The position numbers and the translations under genes are program-made. A stretch of DNA of 54,954 nt from contig CBFFRQ010000171.1 of the NCBI GenBank assembly GCA_965644315.1, forward strand, positions 1-54,954, read 5' to 3'. The notes beneath the pieces are model-generated. The model worked only from the letters and a program-made list of their open reading frames with translations. It was not told the DNA's origin and searched no databases. Each line of letters starts with the position of its first letter. The first letter of the stretch is position 1. Positions 43,715 through 54,954 of the stretch are shown here, piece by piece. Source of the stretch: Caecitellus pseudoparvulus (Eukaryota > Protista > Bigyra: Bicosoecida).

Positions 43715-44003
43715 GCCTCCACCCCCCTCCCGACATTGCCAAAGTGCAGTACGTTTCCAGCAGCTGGGCCAGGTCCCACTTGGTGAGCTCAGTCAAGAGG
43801 CAAAGTCCTACCCTGCTTCTCGGAGGACGACTACCCTGCGCGTCAAGACATTACAGCCCACTGCATTCGGTGCATCAAGAATTCAAACCGCCAGTGAACC
43901 GATGCAGCAACTTGGAATCCCAAATCACAGAGCTCCCCAATGGGCCCACGTGAAGGCTTGCTTTCAAGTGCTGCACCATTGTTGTCTTTGTGTCAATTTC
44001 CGC

Positions 44004-47000
44004 ATGAGTGACTCCGAACGTTGGCGGCAATCTGCTGCCGGGTATCGCCCGCCCCCTATCATCACGGAGGACACGGTACAGTCTAGCAGCAAGTCAGATG
44101 ACTCGGAAGACAGCGACTTTGAGGAAGCTGTCGCAGGCATCGCTGCAGTGGCTTCGTCCTTGCCTGCCGCGCGCGTGAAGGGACTGCCACAGCCCACCAC
44201 GCCGAGGATAACGCATGCAATGGGACCACGCGAAAAGAAGCCCTTGTCGGGCCCGATGGATGATAAGCACTTTTTGCATGGGGTTTCATCTCCTCAAGAG
44301 GCATCCGTGAACCAAGTCTTGTCGGTTGAACAGCGCACGCTGGTTCGGCCTGGCAAGACGCCTCGCGGGCTCCACGGCTCTCCACACAAGCGAGCTAGCC
44401 AGTTTCACAGCATGTACCATGAACTTCGACAGTACGCAGGGTTTTCTGACCCACACTTGACCAAATCAGCAAAGATGGCGTACCTGCACAGCTGCGTTCA
44501 AGGCGGCCTGCCTCCCCTGCCAGCTGGCGTTGTGAGGCAGGCCGTGACAACGTTCTCTGTGGGTGGAGCATCCCTGGGCCACCACAGGGCTCCATCCTTG
44601 AGCTCCGCGCTGGAGCGCATGGATGAGTTGGAAGAGCTGTCACTTCGGGGGAGCCGGTTGGGGAGTGGGCTCGTTGGGACACTGCGCGCAGTCACTTGGA
44701 CGCCACTTCTGGCAGTGGACTTGAGCTTCTGCCGGATGTCCCCGCCCTCAATCAAGCACTTGTGTTCTGGACTTAAAGTTGCAGAAAACCTGCACACTCT
44801 GTCCCTGGAATCATGCAGCCTCTCGCCAGCAGGGTCGGCGAGAGTCGTGCGGGCGCTACAGCGCTCCAAGCACCTCCGACGGCTGGTGCTGAGAAGGAAC
44901 TCCCTTCCAGACTGCATTGCCTTGGAACTTGCAGGCCTTCTCGTTGGGCGCGTCGCTGCCGAGGCTTCGTTGGATGCGCTTCGTAGCTTTCCAGCCTCGG
45001 CCGGCGCTGGGCATATCGCCTCCGCGGACGTCATGCATACAGTGAGCGCTGTCGGCATCGCCGACACAGACGATGGCACCGCTGCAGGTGCCCTCCCAGA
45101 AGACAGCACCGCCATTGCAGCACGAAAGGCTGCCCAACTGGAGCTTGACATCGGCTGGAACTCCTTTAGCCCCACTGGTACTGCGGTGTTGATTCGAGCG
45201 CTGGCTGACACTCAGGTAGCGACGCTGGATCTCAGCCACAACTCTCTCGCGTCCTCTGCTTCCAACGTAGGCGTTCTGACTCTGGCAGACTTTCTTGCAG
45301 GAACGAAATCACTGAAGCACTTGAACCTTGGGCACGCTGGCTTGCGCCTGTCGCACGGCTTGGCCCTGTCTCAATCACTCAGCGCAAACACCACGCTGAC
45401 TGGCTTGCACATGGGTGGCAATGAGCTTAACATTGACGCGCGCGGCTTCGTCATCCCGGCGTTCATCGACCACCCCAGCAGTGACAGCCTCAATCGTGAA
45501 GCGACCGACCTGCTCCTTCGCTCATTCCTGCGTGCCTCTGCCGTGCCCGGACTTGAGGCAAGCGACGACTCCAGACCGGCAACGGCAGGGGGCGGACAGG
45601 GTGCTGCTGCCGCTCGTAGGAAGGAGCACACGGCCCACTCCTCTCAGCGAAAAACTCTTGAGGAAAAGCTGGCAGAAGAGGCACGGGCTCAGGAGCACCA
45701 GCCAATCCTCATCATGGACGGGAAGGTCACTCTGCACCCGGCCATCACACGCTGGTTTGAGGCATGCGCCGCAAGCATGGGCCATGACTCGCTCTCGGCG
45801 TCTGAGCTTGCTATTGTGCATTCCAATGAGGATCATACCCTGCTGGACAGCAAGACGGGGTGTAGCGGGGATGTGGAGGAGCTGATCAAGGCTTGCAAGG
45901 GCAGGCTGACAGTGCGGGCTGAGGCCATGCTGCGGGCTTTGGGCAAAATCTCCGCCGGTATCGCGGAGTCCAGGTGTCACTGCTGGGCATGTGGATGCTG
46001 GCGCCCTTTCACGTTCAAGTACCAAGCCCCCGTTTCTGGACCAGTTGCAAGGCAGCATGTCATGCTCGTGACGTCCTTTGACAACTGGGTGCCCCAGCTC
46101 ATGCAGCCGTTAGAGACTGGGTCCACATTTACGCTGGACCGCATGGTGCCAAGTCGGGCCTTCTTCTTCTGCTTCATTGTCGATGGCAAGCTCCGAGCTG
46201 GCATGGACATGAGTGTCGTGCTAGCAGCGTCCAAGTACGATCGGTCAGCAGGCAGCTCTGTGAGTCGGGTTCTTGAGCACCTGTCCAACCAAGGCGACTC
46301 GCAGTCAAAAGGGTACTTGCCAGCAGGAGTAGACTTCCTGAACATGATGCAAAGCCCCCTATCCCAGCTGCAGCGCGCAGTGAAAACGCACAGGAAAGCA
46401 GCAGCGGCAGGGCAGGCAGGCAGCAGCACTTCGATGTCCGCTGCCTCTGCCCTCGCTGATGCTGGCCCGCACCAAGTTATGACTATGCGACATCAGTACG
46501 CCAAGGGCGCCATGAGGCGGCAGTGGGCTGCGATGGCAAGTCAGGGGAAGGCGTCAACCAGTCGCAGCAGGATCCACCGCTCCGACTCGGGGTGGGGCAA
46601 GTTGTCCAGGTCAAGGAGCAAGCTGGCTGTCCTTGCAGGGTCCCCGCACCGTAGGCGAAGCACCCGAACTCAACCCCGGGCTCGAAGAGTGTCCATGGTT
46701 GCTTTGGCCAGCTCCATCGCGTCCCCGCTCGCTTCTCCTGCTGCGGGGACTGCAGGCAGCTCCAGCGCTGGCAGGTCGGAGCTTTCGCAGGCATCGAGGC
46801 AGCATGCTCAAGACAGAACTAGACAAGAGCCGATATCGAGCTTCTTGCCCCAGAAACCGGGCACGCTCCTGGCTAGTTACGAGGGTGGGGCAATTCTGCC
46901 ACGGCAAGGCGGGGACGACCTGGTGGGCGGGTACAAGGCCCGCATCAAGTGGAGTGTTGACAACAGCATGTTCAAGGGGGCTGCACATGCTGCTGCAGAG

Positions 47001-48359
47001 CTGACCAAGCGAAGCGTAAACTCGGACTTCTCCGCAATCGGTTCCCGCCTGCAGGCACTGCTGAAGAGCGAAGCAGCCGTTGAGGCGGTCAAGGCGGTCG
47101 TGGAAGCCAACTACGCTGTGCTCGTGTCAATGTTCAAGTTCTACTGCTTGGCTGGTGCGGGCAGGGGTGGAGCCAAGGATTTCTTCAACGTCTCATGGGG
47201 GGGCATGCGGCAGCTGGTTGCAGATGGGGCTATTTGCTCCTCAGCCGCGGAGAGCCGGACGGACGTCTCCCCCGCCGACACGGACCGCGTATTTATCGCA
47301 TCCGACATCAAAGCAGAGACAGGGAAAAACAACCCTTACAGGGCCTTGTGCCGACATGAGTTTATTGAGGCAATGGTTCGGCTTTCGCTGCTGCTGTTTC
47401 CGGACTTGAAGGGGACGACGAGGGGTGCAGAGGCGCTGGAAGCCTGCCTGGCACAGCACCTTCGCCCTGCCTGCAGCTACGATCGGCTGGTCGTGGACGA
47501 AGGATTCCGGGAGACCACCTTGTGGACGGAGGAGGTCGACTTGACCATCAAGCAGTACCTGCCACTGCTCAAGAAGTTGTACGGTCGTTTCCAGTGCCCG
47601 CCTGTCATTGACTGCGCGAGCAAGGCATATGATGGCATGGACATGATTTCTTGGATCCACCTGCTGGAGCTCAGCGGCATCCTGGGGCCCGAAGGGGGGG
47701 GGCTTCAAGTCTCGGAGCACGACGCAAAGGTGGCCTTCAATTGGTCCAAGGGCCTCGTCGAAGACGAACAAGCAGCTTCGTCAAGCCACCGCGTCCTGAC
47801 CCTCCTTGAATTCTTCGAAGCTCAGGCACGCATGGCCATGCTGCTGCTGCAGGATCCTGCATTCGCGGGGGTTCCCTTCCTCACTGCTTTCATCGAGGTA
47901 CTGGAGCTCACCACGGCTCTCGTGGATGAAACGTCAGAGAGCTACTTGGATGCAGCGACCACCCGCGCACTGCGCCAGCGCAGCTCGGCGCTGTCTCTTC
48001 GGCGCGCAGGCATCCCAGTCAGGGAGGAGGCGGGCAGAAGTAGCAGCGTAACGCAGAGGCTGGCAGCAGCTGCCGCCGCAGGGAGCCCAGATGGAGCAGC
48101 TCACCTAACAGACGACTTGGAGGAGCCAGAGCAAGACGACACGTCCTTTCTGGGGCAGCTGGCTGACTTGCGGGCCGCATTCCACGAAGCAGACGAGGAC
48201 GAGAGCGGTCTGCTCAGCCCTGAGGAGACACTGCGCCTGCTCTTCGACGGGGGGGTTCCAGAGCACAAAGCACTCGCAATCATGGAGTTCATGGACTCCG
48301 ATGGCGATGGGGAAATCTCTTTCAACGAGTTCATGACCGCCTGTGCGCAGCTGGTGTGA
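44004..48359 (+). CDS. RNI-like LRR protein with AMPK-beta-type CBM48-like module and C-terminal EF-hands
   Basis: LxxLxLxxN repeats (LHTLSLESC, LDLSHNSL, LTGLHMGGN); VMLVTSFDNW..FCFIVDG; EF loops DEDESGLLSPEE and DSDGDGEISFNE. ATG 44004 chosen because the upstream part of the ORF overlaps the MFS gene. Confidence 0.8.
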   Translation: MSDSERWRQSAAGYRPPPIITEDTVQSSSKSDDSEDSDFEEAVAGIAAVASSLPAARVKGLPQPTTPRITHAMGPREKKPLSGPMDDKHFLHGVSSPQEASVNQVLSVEQRTLVRPGKTPRGLHGSPHKRASQFHSMYHELRQYAGFSDPHLTKSAKMAYLHSCVQGGLPPLPAGVVRQAVTTFSVGGASLGHHRAPSLSSALERMDELEELSLRGSRLGSGLVGTLRAVTWTPLLAVDLSFCRMSPPSIKHLCSGLKVAENLHTLSLESCSLSPAGSARVVRALQRSKHLRRLVLRRNSLPDCIALELAGLLVGRVAAEASLDALRSFPASAGAGHIASADVMHTVSAVGIADTDDGTAAGALPEDSTAIAARKAAQLELDIGWNSFSPTGTAVLIRALADTQVATLDLSHNSLASSASNVGVLTLADFLAGTKSLKHLNLGHAGLRLSHGLALSQSLSANTTLTGLHMGGNELNIDARGFVIPAFIDHPSSDSLNREATDLLLRSFLRASAVPGLEASDDSRPATAGGGQGAAAARRKEHTAHSSQRKTLEEKLAEEARAQEHQPILIMDGKVTLHPAITRWFEACAASMGHDSLSASELAIVHSNEDHTLLDSKTGCSGDVEELIKACKGRLTVRAEAMLRALGKISAGIAESRCHCWACGCWRPFTFKYQAPVSGPVARQHVMLVTSFDNWVPQLMQPLETGSTFTLDRMVPSRAFFFCFIVDGKLRAGMDMSVVLAASKYDRSAGSSVSRVLEHLSNQGDSQSKGYLPAGVDFLNMMQSPLSQLQRAVKTHRKAAAAGQAGSSTSMSAASALADAGPHQVMTMRHQYAKGAMRRQWAAMASQGKASTSRSRIHRSDSGWGKLSRSRSKLAVLAGSPHRRRSTRTQPRARRVSMVALASSIASPLASPAAGTAGSSSAGRSELSQASRQHAQDRTRQEPISSFLPQKPGTLLASYEGGAILPRQGGDDLVGGYKARIKWSVDNSMFKGAAHAAAELTKRSVNSDFSAIGSRLQALLKSEAAVEAVKAVVEANYAVLVSMFKFYCLAGAGRGGAKDFFNVSWGGMRQLVADGAICSSAAESRTDVSPADTDRVFIASDIKAETGKNNPYRALCRHEFIEAMVRLSLLLFPDLKGTTRGAEALEACLAQHLRPACSYDRLVVDEGFRETTLWTEEVDLTIKQYLPLLKKLYGRFQCPPVIDCASKAYDGMDMISWIHLLELSGILGPEGGGLQVSEHDAKVAFNWSKGLVEDEQAASSSHRVLTLLEFFEAQARMAMLLLQDPAFAGVPFLTAFIEVLELTTALVDETSESYLDAATTRALRQRSSALSLRRAGIPVREEAGRSSSVTQRLAAAAAAGSPDGAAHLTDDLEEPEQDDTSFLGQLADLRAAFHEADEDESGLLSPEETLRLLFDGGVPEHKALAIMEFMDSDGDGEISFNEFMTACAQLV

Positions 48360-48360
48360 G

Positions 48361-49525
48361 TCACTCTGCCCCCACCGTGCGCTGCCTGCTGGAGGATGAA
48401 GCGCTGGCGACACTGCCAGGGGTGTGGGGGAAACGACCAGACTCTGCCGCGAGCTTTGCAGACAGACCCAGAGCCTTGGACATGGGGCTGGGGGCCACCG
48501 GCAACGACATCTCCCGTGAAGCCAACACGTGCCGTTCGTCCGCATGAGCTGACCCCAGGCTGCCAGCCCCAGTGTGTTGCTCGTGCGTCGTGATGCTGGG
48601 CTCGGACAGGGACCGTTCAGCTACACCACCGTGGGGCGCGTCCTCGTGTGTGGTGCTTTGGGGGCTGCTCAGCCTCCCAGCTGACTCCAGCACCATGCGG
48701 GAGGGAGGAGTTGCGGGAGTCCGCTCAGCTGACCTGGCGCGCAGCAAAGGAACGCCCTCCATGGAAGCTGGCAGGGACGCCGCCTCGCCGTGCATAGAAT
48801 TCGGCGATCCCCGATCCTTTGCGGTGTACGCAGGCCTGCCTGTGCCTGTGCCCCTTGCGGAGGTGCTCTGCGGCTCAGGAGCACGAGGCGCCGAAGCGCC
48901 GCTGGCACCCCGGCCCAACATCTCATCGACCCCGATGTCCATCATTTCGAATCGCATGCATGTGTACTCCCCAACTGTGAAGGGGGCAGTGGTGGGAGCT
49001 CTGGATGTGGCGCGCCGAGGCAAGCTCCAGCAGCAGGAGAGGGCAGCGCAAGCAACGCACGGGCAGTGGTGATGACAAAGGACACGAGGGACACGAGCCA
49101 CCACGTCCAGCCAGTGGGGAAGCCACCGTAGAGGCAGGACACAACGAGGTGAAGGAAGAGCGTTGTCACGGCATAATCCCAGCATCGCTTGGCGCGCACG
49201 ACAATGTACGGCATGCTCAGTGCGCTGTGAAGGGCGAGAGGCGCAGTGTGCAGCGCTCGAAGGCTTGCATCGCAGCGGCGGGCACGCACCAGACGACGTC
49301 CGCAATGAACCAGGCAATGACCCCAGCCCAGCCAAACGATGTCAGGACAGTGACACTGTCACCGCGCAGCATGTAGTCGGGGTGCAGGGAAGTGCCCAGG
49401 CACATAGCCAGGATGACCAGAGCGGTGTAGTACGATGCGTAGAACACCAGCTGCAGTGCTCCTATGCGCCCCAGAATGACGGTGGGATTCCAGCCCTCGT
49501 TTCCGAACAGCCTTCCGCTCGCCAT
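48361..49525 (-). CDS. SYS1: SYS1-like Golgi integral membrane protein with long low-complexity tail; two introns
   Basis: WNPTVILGRIGALQ, YIVVRAKRCWDYAVT..HL..YGGFP..WTWW, (L)GEYTCMRFEMMDI; GTGCGT..CACAG introns join the three frames. Confidence 0.85.
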
Positions 49526-49942
49526 GCTGGGCGTTGGCAGGGGGTCAGCGTGGCCCGTTGGACAGCGGCAAATTCCGCAAGCCTCTCAACGGCGTGCGAC
49601 AGTTGCTCACAGGAACTGCGCGTGCTCTGCCAGGGAGCACGTAATACAGCTAGCACAGGAGGGTACAAACTGTGATCTTTGTTGCCAGCGCCGCCGCGCA
49701 GAAAGGACGCAGACGCAGCGGTGCAGTGAGCGTCACGTGGCCTCCGCTGCCCTCGACTCAGCCTGGCTTGCGCAAGGGGGCGTGGCGGCCGTGTACTGGA
49801 GGGGGCGAGTAGAGGCACCACGAACCAAGCACATTGATTTGAATTGTGGCACGGCAGGGGCAAGTGACTCTCTTAGCACAGGCCCAGCGCCATGGAGGCG
49901 CGTGAGTGCGGGAACGCGCTCCCACCTGGGCTCGCGCCAGCC

Positions 49943-52029
49943 TCACGTGAACTGGATGGACCTGAACTTGATGTCCTCGGGGACCAGCATGGCCAGGAAC
50001 TCCTCATACGACACCTTGCCGTCGCCGTCCAGGTCCGCCTCAGCAATGTACTCCTCAAGCTTCGCCTCCTCGTCGCGAGCCGTGCCCTCACCCAGGCGCG
50101 CAAATGCTGCCCGCAGCTCATCCACAGTGATCTGCCCATCCCCGTCGGCATCGTACTGCTTGAAGGCCCAGTAGACGCTGTTCTGGTGCGCCAGCATCTG
50201 CATCTCCGTCGTGGCCACTAGGAACTCCTCCAAGTCAATGACGCCGTCCGAGTCCGTGTCCAGGCGTGCCACCATGGCCGACACCTGCTCCGCCGTCGCA
50301 GCCATGCCGATCTTCTTCAGCGCCGCCTGCAGCTCCCCCACGCTGACCTTCAGGTCTGTGTCAGTGTCCATTTCCAGGAACTGCTGCCGCAGCTTCTGCA
50401 CATCGGCAGCGGATAGTGTGCTGGCCACCAGCTTCAGCGCCTCACGCCGCAGACGGTTGCGCGCGTTGAAGCGGTACATGGAGTCAATGACAGAGCGGTC
50501 CAGAGGCGCAGCAGGCGCTGTGGTGGGGTCAGATACCCACGGGTGTGCCAGGGCCTGGGCCAGGGTGTACCGCTTCCACACTGTTTTCTCCAGCAGGCCG
50601 GCCACGAGCTCCCGGGCGGGGGAGGACACACGCGCCCAAGCGGGGGAGGAGAACGACAGTTCGTCGTGCTTGATGCTGTGGTGCACTTCCTGTGGCGTGG
50701 TCGCCTTGCTTCCGAACGGCACTGTGCCCGACAGCATGAGGTACAGCAACACGCCCAGGCTCCACGCATCGCACGCCAGCGTGTACTTCCGGCGGAACAC
50801 CTCCGGTGCGATGAAGAAGGCAGAGCCGACGGCATCTGTAATGATGTCGTCTGGCCCATTCACACGCGTGCTGAGTCCAAAATCCGCCAACTTCAGCACT
50901 GCCTCGCCCTCAGTGGCCTTGAACAGAAAGTTGTCAGGCTTGATGTCTCGGTGCGCCACGCCACGCTCGTGGCAGTGCGACACGCCCAGCAACATCTGCC
51001 GAAAGAGAAACGCCGCCACCTGCTCTGAAAAACTGCGCAGCGGGGGGGGGTGTCTGAGTGCTGCGGAGGGGCCTGCTGGGCGCGAGGGGCGTCCCCACGA
51101 ACCTGTGGCAGTTGAGGATGTACTTCATGAGGTCACCTCCCGCGCAGTGCTCCATGACAATGTACACGAAGGCGTCGTCTTGCACGTGATCTGTGATGGA
51201 GATGACGCTGCTGTGCCCCGCCACGCGCTTCATGAGGGCGGCTTCCCGGTTGGCAGCCTCCCTGTCGTGGGCGAGGGATGTGCTGTCGAAGCCGATGCCT
51301 TCCCCGCTGCGCTTGGCGGGCTTGATCTTCTTGACGGCGTACTTGACACCATCCGCCACCTTGGTCGCCACAAACACCTCCCCAAACGACCCCTTGCCCA
51401 GCACCGTGCCGACGGTGTACTCCCGCCCGAAACTGGACGTCGTGCGCAGGGCCGGCCAGTCATCCCGTCTGCGGGGCTCGCCCTCCCCTGACGTGGAGGC
51501 TTCGGGGATCCACTTGCCGCCCCCACCGCTGCCGCTGCCGCCCTCAACCTTGCCTTCCTCCTCGTGCAGGGCGCGAGAGCCAGACCCAGACATGGCCATG
51601 GAAGCGGCCAGCGACGAGCCTGCAGCGCCACCTGGCGGACTCGTGCTCGTCTTTTCCTGTGATTTGTCGTCTGTTCCCTCAGAAAACGTCACACGAGCGC
51701 CACTGTGGCGCTTGGGCTTGGAGGAGGCGACCGAGCCGCCAGATGTGTCTGCGTTGGTGGACCAGGCGTGAGATGTGCGAGGTCAGCAGAAGGGCAAGCG
51801 AGAACAGCGACCAAACGAGCACACTGACACACATGCAGGCGTTCTGAATGGCACGGTGCTGCTGGTGCCGTGAAGACCACGCAGTACAAGCAGCTGGTGC
51901 AGGTACAACAGTTGCTGCGACGCCGGGCAGAAACGCTCACCAATCCCCGCACGCACCGTCTGAAGTGGCCTGCGGGTGGCCAGGCTCACTCCCAGCCACC
52001 ACAGTTGCCTTACTGCCGGAGCAACCCAT
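49943..52029 (-). CDS. Calcium-dependent protein kinase (kinase, junction, four EF-hands) with N-terminal MGCxxS acylation motif
   Basis: ATG at 52029 (MGCSGSKATV), a GTGCGT..GCAG intron restores frame into ORF 50934-51692 (LGKGSFG, YAVKKI, MEHCAGGDL); second intron to HRDIKPDN, DFGLS, GSAFFIAPE, and EF loops DTDTDLKV, DTDSDGVI, DADGDGQI, DLDGDGKV. Confidence 0.92.
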
Positions 52030-52453
52030 GCTTGATTCACTCTGCTGCCGAGCACAGCTTTGCTGCCGAGCGCCTGGCGTTCCTGCTGGCCACTGAGGCC
52101 CCCTGTTGATGGCCTTATCGCTCAGCTGTGCCGCCTGCGATAATGCAGGCTACCTACGCTGCAGGAGGAAGGCGTCTGATGAAAGATACGTCGCTGCACT
52201 GGCGTTGTCGTGATCGGGTTGTGAATTGCGCAGGGTCCACGGATGCACAGGCAAGTTTGCCAGGGAGCCCCGGTGCCGGGCACGCCACTGCGGTCGACCA
52301 CCTGCCCTTCAAACACCCAACCACAGCAGCTGCACTTTGTGAACTGCGGCCAGCCAAGCAGAGGCTTGTCCTTGGGGACACTAGGTTGGCATGACCCCGC
52401 GGCCTCGCCGCCAAGCACAGCCACTCCTTCACACCACGCCTCCGTGAGACACG

Positions 52454-53004
52454 TCACCGCCGCGTCGCTGAGACACCCAGCATACGTGCAACGGCCTTAC
52501 GCTGTGGAGAGGGACGAGGTGGCATCAAGCGGGCGCCGCGCAGAGTGCGCAAGCGGCTCACGCACGTTCGTGTTGTGGACGTAGCTCGTCTCTCCCAGCG
52601 CGTTCACGCGCTTGCGTTCCTTGGTCAACATCAAGTGTCCTCGGAAGGCGTGACTGTGCTTGAAGTGCCCCGAAGGCGTAACTTTGAAGCGCTTGGCAGC
52701 GCCCTTGCGAGTCTTGAGCTGGAAACGAAAGCCAGGCAGGGGGAGATGACCGAGAGCAGGCGCATAAGCCACACCTCGATGCTACAGTGGGCGCACCTTG
52801 TACTTGAAGCGAATTTGATCGTCGGCCACTGGCCGCCCAAGCGACGCAGCAATGTGCAGCGCTGGCATCGCGTGTGAAGGAGTGCTGACCACACTGCGAA
52901 TTCCGCAGGGCACTGGCGCTGTGAGCAGCGGAAGCTTGCCAGCACAGCGACATGGCAGCATGAACTCACGCAGCTGATGCGAATCGCACAATGGCCAACG
53001 CCAT
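52454..53004 (-). CDS. Organellar (probably mitochondrial) ribosomal protein bL35; start uncertain
   Basis: KYK|LKTRKGAAKRFKVT..G..K..H..H..K motif; last intron GTGCGT..CACAG gives RKAVARMLGVSATRR* (stop 52454). N-terminal exon phase could not be resolved. Confidence 0.8.
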
Positions 53005-53184
53005 GGTGCACAGCTGGGGCCGTCGGCGGGTAAGGCACAGACAAGACCCCTTTCCTGCGGGGTACAGCAGAGTGTGGAGTCTGTCACTGTCAAGCCCTGG
53101 GAGGTAAGCCACAGCAGGAGGGGGTATCGTGCATTTGAAGTGTGTCAAAACTGCAACTGTCACTGCAACGGGGAGATGCTTGGC

Positions 53185-54720
53185 TCAGGCCCCCTCAGCT
53201 GCGCCCACGCCGTCACACCCCAGCTCCCCCAACAGCGCCGAGGCTGTGGCATTCACACAGGCCTCCTCAGCACAGCTGTGCGACGGGGGGGGGTTCCAGC
53301 TGAGGAAGGAGGCCCCCAGCATGCCAAAGCCGCCTTGCGTCGTGAAGAGGACTCGGGCACGGCTCATGAAGAACAAGTCCATGAACACCTGCCGCTCGGC
53401 ATCAACCTCAGCCTGCCGCAGCCCCGCTGTGCGACTGACGTGCAGGGGGGTCTGGCAGCAGGCCTGCACTGTGGCCTTGTCCCACAACACGCCGGCAGCC
53501 TCTGCCCGGAAGCGCATGGAGTCGGTGACGATGGCAAGCTTGTGGCGGCAAGCGCTGTCGCCCAGCCCCGCCGCCGCTGCCCGCAGAGCAACGAGCCAGG
53601 CTTTCGCCAGGCCGTTGGCGTAGCCGTCGAAGTATGGCAGAGCCGGCACCTGCACAGGCTCCCCTTGTGAAGACAGCAGGTCCAAGCTGCCCCCGCCAGC
53701 CCGCATGTGCAGTGCAGCGTACTGTGACTCTCCGAAACTGACCTGCCACGCGGCGAACAGGCTCTGCACTGCTACGAGAGAATGCACGCTGCTGGCGCTT
53801 GCACGTTGACTACCCCATGCAGCGTGCAGAAGGGCCGCCCCACACGCATACTGGCGGTCATGTGCGCAGTGCTTCAGCAACTGAGCTGCAGCCCACTGCC
53901 AGCTGCAGTCACCTGCTGAGCTTCCGTTGCTGGACGGCAGCCACGGCTCGGCCGTGAGCAAGCGTCGATCAAACATACATCCAGTGCTGAAGTGCAGAGG
54001 CATGTGCTTGCTCGCTCCTCCATCCCGCTCTGCCTGCAACGTGCGCATGATGTCGGGATGGGCCAGGCAAGGCCTGAGTTTGCCTGGCCCGCCCCCTTCC
54101 CCGGCCGGCAACGCCTCCGGGCGAGCGACGATGTACGGCCCCGTGCCCCACGCTGATGTCACAGTGGGCTGGTGCTGTGGTGGGTTGGTCATGCTCGTGC
54201 GCAGCGCGTCGGCGGCCACCACCAGTGGGCGCTGCGTCACAAGGGCGAGGTAGGCTCCCACAGCCAGGCCGCGCACGCGGTCACCCACTCCCCCTGCAAA
54301 TGACTGCACAGTGTACACTAAGGGGGCATGTCCGGGGTGCCCCTGCACTGCAGTCTGCAAGCTGCATCTCAGTGGCGGGGGAAGGCTGTCCCACGCGTAC
54401 ACGCCAGGCGTCGGCGGGATGAAGGCAAACCCTGTCGACTCAGGGATTCCCCGAAGGCCGGCACTGGAGGCATGCAACCGCGGCAAGGTACTGGGCCATT
54501 TCCGAAACGCATGCCAGGAGCCAAAGGCCAGGAGTAGTTGCAGCACCAGTAATACTCGGCCCGAGACGCAAAGTTTTGGTGGCGTCGAACACTGCAGCTT
54601 GCGCGGCACGCCCCGACAGAGAGAGTGGGGCTGCAGGCAGCAATGCAAGGCCAAAGCTGGGCGCTCGGTTGACTGGGAGTCCTCTGTTTTCTCAGGCGTC
54701 GCTCCCATGGGTGTTGTCAT
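53185..54720 (-). CDS. GT-B fucosyltransferase-like type II membrane protein
   Basis: GGVGDRVRGL..LALVTQR, ALHMRAG, IVTDS, DLFFMSRA..T.GGFG match alpha-1,2/1,6/O-fucosyltransferase motifs; N-terminal hydrophobic anchor VLLVLQLLLAFG. Confidence 0.7.
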   Translation of the reverse strand: MTTPMGATPEKTEDSQSTERPALALHCCLQPHSLCRGVPRKLQCSTPPKLCVSGRVLLVLQLLLAFGSWHAFRKWPSTLPRLHASSAGLRGIPESTGFAFIPPTPGVYAWDSLPPPLRCSLQTAVQGHPGHAPLVYTVQSFAGGVGDRVRGLAVGAYLALVTQRPLVVAADALRTSMTNPPQHQPTVTSAWGTGPYIVARPEALPAGEGGGPGKLRPCLAHPDIMRTLQAERDGGASKHMPLHFSTGCMFDRRLLTAEPWLPSSNGSSAGDCSWQWAAAQLLKHCAHDRQYACGAALLHAAWGSQRASASSVHSLVAVQSLFAAWQVSFGESQYAALHMRAGGGSLDLLSSQGEPVQVPALPYFDGYANGLAKAWLVALRAAAAGLGDSACRHKLAIVTDSMRFRAEAAGVLWDKATVQACCQTPLHVSRTAGLRQAEVDAERQVFMDLFFMSRARVLFTTQGGFGMLGASFLSWNPPPSHSCAEEACVNATASALLGELGCDGVGAAEGA

Positions 54721-54954
54721 CAGCGCGAGGGCTGACACCACAGGTTGCCCCCTGGCCAGCTCCCTCGCCTACTTGCGCTACCGCCTTGAACAGCCCTTTT
54801 CGTGCGCACGTGCACCGACACACGATGATCACTAAAAACTGGAAACTGCACCAGTTTCTTGAAGCACTACTTGGTAGAAAACCGCTAAAAATGCAGTGGA
54901 AAGCTCACCGCCTTGCCTCGACTGCACGTGCTGCAGCTGGGGAAAACACAGCCT

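Noticed and set aside
43323-44003. N-terminal 227 aa of the 1678-aa ORF
   Set aside because: Overlaps the MFS gene end in another frame; ATG 44004 after a T-rich stretch is the more plausible start.

Overview
Left end of a eukaryotic chromosome from a GC-rich, intron-poor, probably flagellated protist (TTAGGG telomere, short GT-AG introns with GTGCGT/GTGAGT donors, IFT57 domain, CDPK; a stramenopile-type organism is an inference). Positions 1-1325 are 220 copies of TAACCC. Positions 1326-~14660 are a head-to-tail chain of three related retroelement units, all with the sense strand on the C-rich telomeric strand and 5' ends facing the chromosome tip, joined by short CTAACC tracts. Unit A (1326-4252) carries one ORF with a putative papain-fold cysteine protease and no RT. 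Unit B (4270-4455) is a ~186-bp 3'-end-only piece. Unit C (4480-~14660) is a 5'-truncated non-LTR retrotransposon that, across two -1 frameshifts, reads as one ~3,250-aa polyprotein: disordered region with 15 x 47-aa repeats, the same putative protease, APE endonuclease, RT, CCHC finger. All three units end in a structured ~200-nt 3' region finishing in AATGCATTG...GCTAACC rather than poly(A). The rest of the window is densely packed host genes: a fragmented membrane protein, an ankyrin-kinase, a Gly-rich repeat type I membrane protein, DCTN3-like, a hypothetical, a NEK6/7 kinase fused to IFT57, TMEM94-like, an SVOP-like MFS transporter, an LRR/CBM48/EF-hand protein, SYS1, CDPK, mitochondrial-type bL35 and a fucosyltransferase-like gene. 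All assignments are from motif recognition by eye; no searches were run.
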